A DNA stretch of 63,646 bases, filler included, from Dugesia japonica (taxonomy: Eukaryota), in assembly GCA_001938525.1 (NCBI GenBank). It is 6 parts of 6 records of this genome, joined end to end, with 100 filler letters (N's around TTAATTAATTAA, not from the genome) between each part and the next. Parts side by side here need not be neighbours in the genome. Positions count along the whole stretch, not along the records: positions 1 to 10,154 come from MQRL01580019.1; positions 10,255 to 21,274 come from MQRL01608200.1; 4 more parts are not named here. One strand, given 5' to 3'. Under the pieces are notes generated by a model that was given only the letters and a program-made list of their open reading frames with translations, ran no database searches and was not told the origin of the DNA. The position numbers and the translations under genes are program-made. Shown one piece after another: positions 1 to 10,869 of this stretch; the first letter of the stretch is position 1; the number at the start of each line of letters is the position of its first letter.

Positions 1-152
1 GGGACCACAAAAATTATGTCTTGGTTTCTGTAATTGGATGCCCAAAGGTGCTTGCGTTTTAAATATAATTCTTGTATGTATTTGTGTGTGTGCGTATGCC
101 TTGAAAATCAGTATAAATACTGATTGGTTTGATGAAAAAATGAGATTTTTAA

Positions 153-429
153 ATTGAGAAAACCTCTATCTTTGAGTGGCTTTTCTCCTTTTAATAATTT
201 CTAACGATTCAGTGTAAGATTACATAGTCCCAAAAATAAATATTTACAAGGTGTTTATTTATTCTGTTTACATAAGATCGAATACAATATATACCGTATT
301 TATATTTTGATAACATATTTCTTATATAATATTGTATTTACACACACAAACACTAAACAACTAAAGAGANNNNNNNNNNNNNNTCAATTAAAAGTGAACC
401 ATTATTTTTGTTGAGTTAAATACCCAACA
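153..429 (-). repeat. LTR-like segment of a Gypsy remnant (minus-strand start TGTTGGGTATT); related copy at ~24687-24988
   Basis: Shared blocks such as gagaaaacctctatctttgagtggcttttctcctttta vs gagaacctatctctttaattggcttctctcctttaa, and ttttgttgagt..aaatacccaaca. Both copies end in CCCAACA next to pol fragments. Confidence 0.5.
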
Positions 430-439
430 ATAACATTGT

Positions 440-770
440 TTCCCTCTATTTTAACCCCGGAAACTATTTCTTCTGGCACTTCTACTGTCATCTTTCTTTT
501 AATTGCATTTAATGCGAATTCGATCTCTACAAGTATCTGTGCCTAATTCGTCTTCTTTCTGTTTGGTAAGGTAACATTTATCAACTTTCTAACTCTCCAG
601 AATTGTCTTTCTATTTGCCGATTTTTTTTACTTAGATGGTATAGATTTGCAAAACATAACTTAGTATCTAAATCTTTGAATTGTCGCATAAATCCTAATT
701 CGAATGTCTTCTCACAATCTACTCTTATCTCATTTGGACATTCAAATCTCAAAGAAAAAATTACCAGTTT
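440..770 (-). pseudogene. Gypsy-type integrase (rve core) fragment, degenerate
   Basis: Translation RFECPNEIRVDCEKTFE...NRQIERQFWRVRKLIN...*AQILVEIEFALNA...PEEIVSG matches the second Asp, the NGxxER helix and the downstream 'FALN...P.EIVFG' of LTR integrases. One in-frame stop. Confidence 0.7.
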
Positions 771-3229
771 TATACCTCGATGTAAAAATTCAGAAATAAA
801 TCTAAAGAAAATGTATTCCAGAAGCTACAACAAATAGGTTTAAAAATCAATCTATCGAAATGTGTAAAAATAAAATGCATGAAGTTCTCATGAATTTCAT
901 AGATTTTATAGAAAAAGTTATTAAAACGAAATATCGAGTAATTAATTAAATGAAAAAAATAAGTAATAGCCATAAAATTAAATGAATAAATTAAAGTGAT
1001 AATAGAAAACTAATCAGTAAGGCAGAAAGTAATTCGATATACTTTTACTGTAATTTTGTTTAAAAGTCCAAATAATCTGAAAAATTCAAAATTATCGATT
1101 ATAATCGATAATAATAATTATTATTATGGAGTTTGTTAAAATTAAGATCCGAATTAAACCGAAAATTCACTAACAAATGTATTGGAATATAAGATCTTGT
1201 ATGTTTTTTCAGGCCTGTAAAAGTTGTCTTCCATATTTAGCCAATCAAAGAAGTGCAATTTCTACTAAAGTTATCGATCAGTACAAAGAGAAAGACAAGA
1301 ACAAACTGAAAATTGATATTTAATCATTAATCAAATCATAATTTCGCCTATAAAATTTGATAATTTACATCTAAAAATTTTACTAATCTACTTATTCAAG
1401 ACTTAAGGTTGAAAGCGACTTGATTACTTTAACTTTAGAAAATAATCAATAGAATTTTAACTAAATTGCATGAACAAGTCGATTCATCAACTCAAATTAC
1501 AGTATGTTTCCCAATTGAAAATTGTCGTATGATTTTTGTAAATTTTCAAGAAAATAAACCTTTATTGGGAAAATATTTTTATGTGAAAGTTGAGGTGACT
1601 TAATTGATAAAACAGTATGGTATGTTCAGTAAAACTTCAATTAACATATATATAAAACCATAAATTTAATATTTTTTTTCATAAATAATTTTCATTGAGT
1701 AAACGTAGTGTATAGAATAGCATAANTTTCATTTTACCACAAATTAAAACTTTCCAACATAGAGAGGAGTATTAAATTTTAAATTAAATAATTGACGCAC
1801 GTTAAATATTATAACTACTTTTTTCTTGGTAACCGAGTGTCAGGAGTTTGTAAATTAATTACAGCATTCAGAGATATATTAAGCTTGCTTGTGAACTATT
1901 TTCAATGAATCATTATAAATATAACCGACAGTAGTCAATGAAAAAAGTTGTATTGTATTTTCATAAATACTAGGGAGTTTACAATTAATTACAATTAATA
2001 AAGAATTATACTACTTAGCCTTGATAAGCAATGATGTTTCAAATCTAATTTTCTAACAGTTTTTAGAAAAAAACTTCGCCAATTTATGAAACCATTTTTC
2101 AATTTTTTATTTTAAATCCTAATTTACAACTTTAAATCAAATTTTGTTTTACAGTTCCTTTAAAAATCTTTCCAAATTATANNNNNNNNNNNNNNNNNNN
2201 NNNNNNNNNNNNNNNNNNNNNNNNNNNNNNNNNNNNNNNNNNNNNNNNNNNNNNNNNNNNNNNNNNNNNNNNNNNNNNNNNNNNNNNNNNNNNNNNNNTC
2301 CTTGTGCGTGTACGTAATTTAGTGTGTTAATTATGACATGCAATACATTTGTAAAATAGTATTATTGGGGTTGTGAAATGATTGTAATTAAAAATCCAGG
2401 CTCATTGAAAACATCATAATCAGTTCATTTGCATACTGCGTGAACAAAATGACCTTTAATAATGTTTAATAAAATAGAAATATGTCAAATTAATTTTATA
2501 TAATCAATATTACTATTTATGCATTGTTATATGATGAACTTGGAAATTAATACAAATTTGTATTATTTTTGAAAAACTTCAATTTGAAAGAAATAATTAT
2601 CAGTGTTTTTATAAGTTTATTACAATCATGGATTAAGGTGGTTATAATAATAGTGTGGTTATTTTCAGAATAAATTAAGTAAAACAAAAACGAGACAATT
2701 CAAATTTTTCTATGAATAAGAAAATGAATTATTTNNNNNNNNNNNNNNNNNNNNNNNNNNNNNNNNNNNNNNNNNNNNNNAAAATATTTAATTTTATGCA
2801 TGACGAGAATATTTCTACATTTTCTTGATGGTTGATTACTTAACCTTTTCGTATTTATATGATTTTTAAGAATTAAAGTTTATATTGCGACGTAAAAAAG
2901 CATTGCATTGCTATCAACAGAGGCAGCATAATGTTAAATATTGAATTATAATTTAATATTTCAATACATTTTCCAGTTACTTCGAAGATTGTTTTTAATC
3001 TCAATTTTTAAAATATTATATCATTGTGGGGCCATAAATGACGTCAAGGAAGGGGGTTTGAAAAACGTGATGTCACGTGGGAAATTGAAATGATGCACAT
3101 CTTTAAAATGTAGATATAGAGATTTATGACATTCTTGCCATTCATCATAAATATTTAAATTTTCATAAACCTTTCCTCCTTCAGAACGTTTTTACTTTTT
3201 TATGCACTCTGTTCTACTGGTTTTCTACT

Positions 3230-3860
3230 TAATTGGCTGATACGAATCTCACTATCTGGTATGGTTCTTCATACTAAAAGTCGTTCTTTTTCCATCTGTT
3301 TGATTTTACTAGCACTAATTCTCATATTCCCTTTTGAAATATCTTAACCCGCATGTTTCTCAAAATTCCTAAATTTCTCAGCTACTTCATCCAGATTGAT
3401 GGAACCACGTATATTCTTTAACCTGAAGTTCTTTACTAGTCATGTTGATCTCAAACAACACGTAACACCACACAATCAATGAAACGACATACTTAAAACT
3501 AGAAATGGTTTTTGCAATAAAACGTGCATCTGTTCGCGAAGTTGTCGATTTAAAACATCCTAACGGCAAGTTACTGCAGAAAAGAATACATAAACACATT
3601 ACACTACATCAAAGAAAGCTGTTGATTATAAGCAACAATTTTCGGCTTTATTAACAGCCAAATTCAAGGTATGTGCACAGCAAGGAACAATATCATAGAT
3701 TGACTTCTAAAATTCTTCATTGGACACAATTGTCTTTACCCTTCATATTGCTGTCATTGACTTATCTTTGAGAGCGTAAATTCTCGACAGATAAAGATAT
3801 CTCTTCTAACTGTCGAAGAATAGTTTCAGTAGTATCAGTACTAGTTTTTTCCTTTAGTAG
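3230..3860 (-). pseudogene. hAT transposase fragment (ZMYM1-like/DUF4371 clade)
   Basis: Minus strand encodes VPCCAHTLNLAVNKA (the CxxH motif) and RTDARFIAKTISSFKYVVSLIVWCYVLFEINMTSKELQ; frameshifted. Confidence 0.75.
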
Positions 3861-4932
3861 TAATTGAGAAATAATAAGTAAAAACAAATAAAAGAAAGCA
3901 ATTTAAAATTATAAAAATAAATTTAATTAATTCCAAAAGCTCAAAATCAAACATATCAAATTTTAAAATTTAAATATATATAATACTGTTGGGGTGAAAC
4001 GACTAGTTGATGAAGAAACACATAGACGGAAGGTTAAAATTCCGAAATAACGCGGGAAAGTTAGAAAGGCACACTGACCAAAAATCCTAGCGAATTGGAT
4101 AAAAATCTATGGTACCTATGTTAAAAGAAAACCGAGAAAAGATGTACTACAGAAAGGAAATCGCAATCAAGATAAATTCGATGTCAATCGATACTGTTAA
4201 TTAAGAAAAATTATATTTATGTTGAAAAAACAGGAAAAAACTATTATGTTTAAAATAATTAATTAAGAAAAAATTATTAATTAATTCTACCAGAAATAAA
4301 TTGAAATTAGACAAAAATTCGTTTTTTACGAGATCCAGAGGAATCAGAGAAACTCGGTATAAGAAAATCTAAGAGGAAAATGTATTAGAGTAATGGAATT
4401 TTGCCATTTGAAAACCTTAGCATTATCCGGAGGACCCTCCAGGGATGTGAAAATTGGACCAAGAAGGGCCAAGAAAATAAATATAAAACAAAGAAATGAC
4501 AATCACATGTCACTCCAAAAATAGATACCAATAAGAGTTCTACAACTCTGTAAAAANNNNNNNNNNNNNNNNNNNNNNNNNNNNNNNNNNNNNNNNNNNN
4601 NNNNNNNNNNNNNNTTAAACTAAAAATAACCGACCAACAAGAACATAGTCGGGTTGCATCGGGAAATCCTATAAAAGGACATGAAAAAGTAGTCTAAAAA
4701 ACAGCAAAATTTAATAGAAACAAAACGTAAAAGTTCTGCTCTCAATTTTGAAAATTATTTTGGTGATTTCAGCTAAAACTACTCACAAATTTATTGGTAC
4801 GATCATCTAACTACAAACGAAAATATTTTGACAAAAAATTTAATTGTAGAATCACAGCATAGTTGCGTCAAAGTACACGGCAACACAAAAAAGAAGATAA
4901 CCGCAAATTAATAATTCTCATTTTCATCCAAC

Positions 4933-4987
4933 TCAGTCGTTTCTTCGAAGAATTCCTGTTGCAGTTGTGAAAATTATAACAGTAAGT
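4933..4987 (+). promoter_or_regulatory. Putative initiator (TCAGTC) and short leader exon ending in A, followed by a consensus splice donor GTAAGT (4982-4987)
   Basis: actcagtc at ~4931-4938; ...attataacA|GTAAGT. Function inferred. Confidence 0.45.
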
Positions 4988-5460
4988 AGACATGTTTATA
5001 ATTTTTTTTTGTCATATAAGTCGTATGTGTAGTGTTTGTGAACGATAATAAATGATTTCGATTATGAAAACAATTTTTCTTCTCTAAAATTTTGTTTTGT
5101 TTAAAAATGATTGTGGTTTTGCTTATAGAAGTTACAGGCTCTCTCCTCAGTCGGTATCCATGTTAAGCCAATGTCCATTCCGAACATCTGGCATCTCTCG
5201 TCACTTTCACCAACTAGGATGTGTGTAAAAGTCAAAGTTTACTCCTTTTAATGTCAGTTACCCGACCGCCGTAGGCTCGTATAATGTTATGCATTCATTT
5301 TACTGACACTCTCCATTGCTGAACAATTAATGAAAATACTCGAGTTACGATATTTGGTGTATAAAAAGGGCTCACCATTAGGATTGAAATGTTCAGGCAA
5401 CCGTGACTATGAAATCCTCAATGTTTATACTCAACTGTCACTAACTTAGCATCCAGGGCC

Positions 5461-5597
5461 ATTGCTATTATTATTCTTATTATCATTATTATGATTATTA
5501 TTAGTATTATTATTATNNNNNNNNNNNNNNNNNNNNNNNNNNNNNNNNNNNNNNNNNNNNNNNNNNNNNNNNNNNNNNNNNNNNNNNNNNNNNNNNN

Positions 5598-5629
<32 letters not shown>

Positions 5630-5730
5630 GCTATTATTATTCTTAGTATTATTATTATGATTAATTATTACTATTATTCTTAGTATTGGTATTTTTGCTA
5701 TCATTATTATTATTATCATGATTATTAGGA
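5461..5730. repeat. (ATT)n microsatellite with degenerate flanks, spanning an N gap
   Basis: Direct observation of the ttattattatt runs. Confidence 0.95.
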
Positions 5731-5918
5731 TTGACACTTTTTCTACTATTACCGTTATAGTTGTCATTAGCAATCTAATTGGTTTGAAAATGCATGTCTT
5801 CATTTTAATATCTTCCCTATCATTTCAAACTAACAAGCGTTTAACTACTACCAACCATTTGTCATAAGTCTGTTCAGGAGAACATAACATGAATTTATTA
5901 GTTACATATTTTTAGATT

Positions 5919-6122
5919 ATGCCGGCCGAGCTAAAGAAGACGTTACGTGTTATCTTGAATCAGTGGAAGGCCCGCCGATTGAAGCAATTAATCGGGCATT
6001 TGTTGTTCCCTCATCTAGTGGAACATCCTGACGAAACGGATTTGAGCTGTTTCGCCGAGATGTTCCCTTTTCCTTTAAGAGTGGACATCGACGAGGAATG
6101 CCAACCGATCTCGAATTTGTAA
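5919..6122 (+). CDS. Element-borne orphan ORF cassette 1 (67 aa)
   Basis: GC-richer ORF with ATG 4 nt after the acceptor tttttAG (5914-5915); AATAAA at ~6154. No recognisable family. Confidence 0.4.
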   Translation: MPAELKKTLRVILNQWKARRLKQLIGHLLFPHLVEHPDETDLSCFAEMFPFPLRVDIDEECQPISNL

Positions 6123-6242
6123 CATGTTCTTTGTTTCCTACCTTTTTTACTTTAAATAAAATGAATTCCTTTTTATTCATATTATATAAACATTCCGTAC
6201 TATGTAGTATAATTTGTTTCATAGGTTAATTAAATAACAGAA

Positions 6243-6600
6243 ATGAAATACGTTTGGGAAACGTTGCTTGACAGTCGATCTAATAGGGTAGTATTTCGTA
6301 GATACTGGAACCCTCACGATCGTAATGCGGGAGTCCTCACCGACTATTCAAATATGCCCGCTTTAGACGCAGAAAATGGACGAAAATGGGCTGCGGTTGA
6401 ACGTCAGGCTTTTTATGAATGGCGTGGTCCTGACCGTACTTGAGAGGTGCTCCTTCGCACCACCAGCATGGATCCATTAACTGGCGAGATTACCAGGGTG
6501 TGCCGGGATGCTCCGGCATTTGTGCTTATATCTGCTGCGCACCTACCACCTAATACTAGATTACGCGCAGATATAGGTAACACGCTATGCAGGCGGTGAA
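6243..6600 (+). pseudogene. Element-borne orphan ORF cassette 2 (internal TGA at 6441-6443)
   Basis: Acceptor aacAG (6239-6240) then AAATG; the frame stays coding-like past the stop (EVLLRTTSMDPLTGEITRVCRDAP...); AATAAA at ~6667. Confidence 0.4.
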
Positions 6601-6841
6601 TCTGAAAACAACGCACTATCTTCGGTTGGAGAAACTTAACAACTTTGTTGGTGGTCTATTAGTTTTAATAAATTATGGTTCATGTTGTTACTTCCTTGTC
6701 TTCATTTTATCTAAAGGATACTTTATGAATAAGAGTTATCAGTGCTACAAACCTGTTTGGTAAATTGATAAACTGCTACTTGATTTTCCCACATAAAAAT
6801 TTAATTCATTCCAATTTCATTGATAATTCATTTGGATTCAG

Positions 6842-7200
6842 TGCACTCTTCGTTAAATCACACCGTAGCACTTACCAAAAAGATGCGTGATCCTAGTGAT
6901 GACCAAGAGATGTCTTGGGAACTCTATCGACTTGCCAAATGTTGTTGGGAGGCTGATACGGCCAACGCAAAAAGCAAGGTCATCCGTTATAAGAAAAGGT
7001 GCTTGGCTTACAGAACGGAGGCAGAGAGCTCCCATACCCAAGAGCGGCTTTGGGAGGCCCAAGCCGAATCTTTCACAGATATCATCCGGTACCTCCATGA
7101 CCGAGAGAATAAACTGGATAATGACATTTTGGAGTTACGAAAAAGGATACCTCTTGAGCCACTAATAATAGACAAGGGCACCCAAACCTATCGACCCTGA
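6842..7200 (+). CDS. Element-borne orphan ORF cassette 3 (~120 aa, helical/coiled-coil); begins with TG directly after the acceptor
   Basis: ttcAG|TG CAC TCT... open to TGA at 7200; AATAAA at ~7217. Confidence 0.45.
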
Positions 7201-7342
7201 TCGATTTATGCCCATAAATAAATGTCTCCTTATTTGGTAGAGGCTTAGTTTTGTTTATCTCACATTAAGAACAGAATTTTCTTTTTAGTTAAATATTTAT
7301 AGTACATTAGTCTATAATCTAACTAAAAGTTCCTTATTTCAG

Positions 7343-7704
7343 TGCCGCGTATTCAATTACCTCGTAGTTTGCGACGTTGCCGTAGCCTAATCCAAAAGTT
7401 GTTGGTGGAACGTCATGTCAAAAGAAAAAATTAGCGGGCTCTCCTAAAACATCTGTCTCAACGAAATAAATTGATTAAGAAACTCGACATAATCGTCAAA
7501 AAGCAGAATGACTTAGCCGAACAGACAAGACAGTTGTTGCAACATAAAATAGATTTTTTGCAACATTATATCGATGATTAGTCACGACAATTAGCGAATG
7601 AGGCATGGATTCGTTAGGATAATCACGACGACGAGGTGGCCTTTAATTTTTTGGAAGACGACCCCACCCAGTAGTTAGACCGGGCTGCTATGGATTTCAT
7701 GTAA
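7343..7704 (+). pseudogene. Element-borne orphan ORF cassette 4 (coiled-coil, four in-frame TAG stops); begins with TG directly after the acceptor
   Basis: tttcAG|TG CCG CGT ATT...; single frame PRIQLPRSLRRCRSLIQKLLVERH...AAMDFM-TAA with no frameshift. Confidence 0.45.
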
Positions 7705-8231
7705 TATGATATAAAATATAAATTAGTTTTAACGATTTGTTAATTGATTTTGAATATAATGACGTAGGGAGAGTAAGGAACCCGAATTAAAGGTGTACGA
7801 GTGCGTACCTCAATTCAGTATCGGAGGTCAACCGCTCTGCACTGAATATCTAACTTAGGGGCGTTAGATTTAAATTCTTGAAGGGGTACCCCTAAGGGTC
7901 GTTTTTCCCCGGCGAGCGTCATTTCTGCTTCAGCAACTCATGTGGAACCCCAACAATACTGTTAATATAATTGTAAAATTAAATTATGAAAAGTGAAAAT
8001 CTATATGCATAATAATATGATAAATCTAAAATAGATTCATGATAATAAGGGTATATTGTTAGTAAGGAGTGTTTCTAAAAGAGTGTTTCTAAAATTTAAA
8101 ATAAATAAAGTTTAAACATCACAAATCATCGTAAATAATGGTTTAAAATATATTATGAACACTTTGAATAATTAAATTTAAATGAAATAATTAATTTGAA
8201 CATAAAATATTTTACACATGAGATACTTGTT

Positions 8232-8909
8232 TTAACTTGTTTTGATTTTATATTGTTTATATCTAAAATAAATTTTAAAATATTAAAAAAAATTTTAAAA
8301 AAAAATGTAACTTCGGCGCAATTTATAAAATTATTTTGTGAAGAACAAATATCCCATAAAGTCTTAATAACGCGTTGAGGCACACTTGTTCCAGTATCAA
8401 CAATGCGATTAACAAGCACTTGATAATATTGATTTAGAAGTTTAGGCTTTTGAATTAAAAATTTTCCAATTAAATCAACAGTAGTCTCTTGAACTAATAT
8501 TGCGGAATCAAGAAACATGTGATTAGCTGATTTTTCTATTTCAGTTTTTATAAATAAAGATGTATCTTCTTCTAGAAAAAGAGTCAAACTTTTTATAGCT
8601 TTCGTTTTAGCAGGTGCAGAATTTTCATCCAGTGATTTAGAAATTCTTATTAGATACAAATCGAAAAATTGCATATCTTTTAGCAAAGTGAAAAATCTTG
8701 ATATTTTGATTCCATTTTTGTAATCCAATTCGGTTATTTCATTTGTAAAAAAAATTATTGCTATTTAAAATAAATTGAGATATTTTTTTAATATTGTGTT
8801 TCATCATAATTTGAAAACAAATAAAGTAAGTTACATTTTTTTTAAAAATTTTTTTTAATATTTTAAAATTTATTTTAGATATAAACAATATGAAATTAAA
8901 ACAAGTTAA
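8232..8909. repeat. ~82-bp inverted repeat pair (8232-8313 and 8828-8909) flanking the NIPBL exon
   Basis: Reverse complement of 8232-8313 matches 8828-8909 (aagttacatttttttt...tattttagatataaacaata...aaacaagttaa) with only a few mismatches. Confidence 0.85.
8312..8760 (-). pseudogene. NIPBL: Nipped-B-like (NIPBL/Scc2 cohesin loader) HEAT-repeat exon, isolated and diverged
   Basis: FDLYLIRISKSLDENSAPAKTKAIKSL...VQETTVDLIGKF...QYYQVLVNRIVDTGTSVPQRVIKTLWDIC aligns with NIPBL FDIYL...RTKAMKCL...VREAAVELLGRF...QYYDMLIERILDTGISVRKRVIKILRDIC. Candidate acceptor at 8761-8762; no flanking NIPBL exons visible. Confidence 0.8.
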
Positions 8910-10154
8910 TTCTACAAATTTTGAAGAGAAAATTTAACAAAGTAAGTTCAATCAATTAATTTATAGTTATTTATTTATTTGAATTTTAGGTTGATGAAAA
9001 TAAGACAAGTGGATTTTAAATACCAAAGGAATTTAAGAAAACGAGTAAGATTATATTTGATTTTATAAGTTAAATTTTAAGTGAATAATTTTCTTTTAAT
9101 GATTTTATTTTATAATTTTAAGATAAGAATTTCATTTTAATTTAATAGTTAGATTTTGTGTTATTGGTGTATGAATTCATGACTATAAGTTAATTCTATT
9201 AAAATTTTTTTGTAATGGTTTTATTTGTCTTGATAAAATAATTATCATTATAATTCTTGTTGTAATGATTAAAACGGAACATAAAATTATCAAACTTTAA
9301 TGTATTATCAAGTTAATTTAATTACAATTTTTATTGTAATGATTTTATTTATTTTTTTAAGTTAATAATCATTATAAATTTTTATTTTAATGATTAAAAC
9401 TGAACATAAAATTATCAAATATGTAGTGTATTATTAAGTTATTTCCATTACAATTTTTATTGTAATGATTTAAACTTTACATAATATTATCATCATTTTT
9501 AGTGTATTAATAAGTTAATTACATTTCAATGTTTATTGTAATGATTTATTTACATTGTTAAGCTAATTATCATTATAATTTTTATTGTAATTATTTAAAC
9601 TTAACATAATATTATCAAATTTTAACTTAATAATTGTTACTTAATTTCATGATTTTAATTGAACTCAATGATTTAATTTAATGATTTAAATTACTGATTT
9701 TAATGTATGATAAATATATATTTTTAAGTTTTTATTACTTTTTAGTATGGTTTTTTATATTTATCGATTTTAATTGTAATTTTATTGATTTGATTATATT
9801 AATATAGCAATTTAAAAGTTTTATTGACATTTTATATATTTTTAACGATTTTCACTTTATATCAATATTCTTTTAGATAAATGTTTACTGTTCAAAAATT
9901 ACTGTACTTACACAAGACATAATGTTGACTGTCATGAAGTGATGCAGATATACTATAGTCTTATTTATTACGGGAGAAAATATTTTATATGTCCAGCATG
10001 CACCACACTAGGTTTAAGTACATATGATGAATTTTATAGAATACATGTACATCATTTGACATGTTTTATTTTTGGTAAAAAAACAATTACTATTGGAAAT
10101 ATTAGAAGAAATTTTATGTAAAAAAATAAAATTAGATCCAGAAGTGAATGTTTT

Positions 10155-10254
10155 NNNNNNNNNNNNNNNNNNNNNNNNNNNNNNNNNNNNNNNNNNNNTT
10201 AATTAATTAANNNNNNNNNNNNNNNNNNNNNNNNNNNNNNNNNNNNNNNNNNNN
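10155..10254. other. Artificial 100-bp scaffold spacer
   Basis: N44-TTAATTAATTAA-N44 (stops in all six frames). Confidence 0.97.
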
Positions 10255-10869
10255 TTTTATGATTATCTTATCCCTTATTTGATGTTTTCTATCATAATTT
10301 AGATATAATAGTAAATATCATTTACAAAAATCTTCGTTTTATGAAAATCTATGTTTAAGTATAGTTTGAGACAGTTAAAATTTTTTATAGTTCGACAGAG
10401 GTTCTTGACGAAAATATTTTTTAAATAATTTGCTTAACTTCATGAAAGTAGTTAGAAATTTTTAAATTTCAATATTTGAAAATTAAGTATTAATAATTAA
10501 TTTTAAATTAATGACTTAGTTCAAAATAATAATTTTTGTTGCATTAATTTTAAAATTTAAAATTTGAAATAACTTTAAATAAATAATTCTTGGAATAATT
10601 TTCAAATAAACGTTTAAATAAATTAATTTACATTAAAATCTTTTTGAATGAAATTTTTCGAAAATTTAATTGAAAGTATTTTTGGTTAATTATGACATTT
10701 CATAGAATGATAATTTTCTAAAATTTATTGTTTTTGAATTTTTAACTTCGGTCAGAATTAAATAAAAATTTTTAGCTTGTTTTTAAATTTGTTTAAAAAC
10801 ACAAATTTATAGTTTGTGTTTTTGTTTTGTTTTGAATAAATCTTGGAGTGAAAAGTATTAATTTTTTAA

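Larger units (their letters stand above)
3987..7955 (+). mobile_element. ~4-kb element with TGTTGGGGT...ACCCCAACA termini and 4-bp TSD ATAC; probable giant solo LTR (Gypsy-type), less likely Ginger-like
   Basis: ATAC at 3983-3986 and 7956-7959; 9-bp perfect terminal inverted repeat plus imperfect extension (agttgatgaag/agttgctgaag); internal ATT microsatellite; no pol or transposase inside. Confidence 0.75.

Noticed and set aside
5513-5803. Poly-Asn/Ile ORF
   Set aside because: Translation of the ATT microsatellite and an N gap.
6842-7350. Spliced-leader trans-splicing (flatworm SL ending in AUG) as the source of start codons for cassettes 3 and 4
   Set aside because: A complete AUG joined at these acceptors would be out of frame with the long ORFs; a single A fits.
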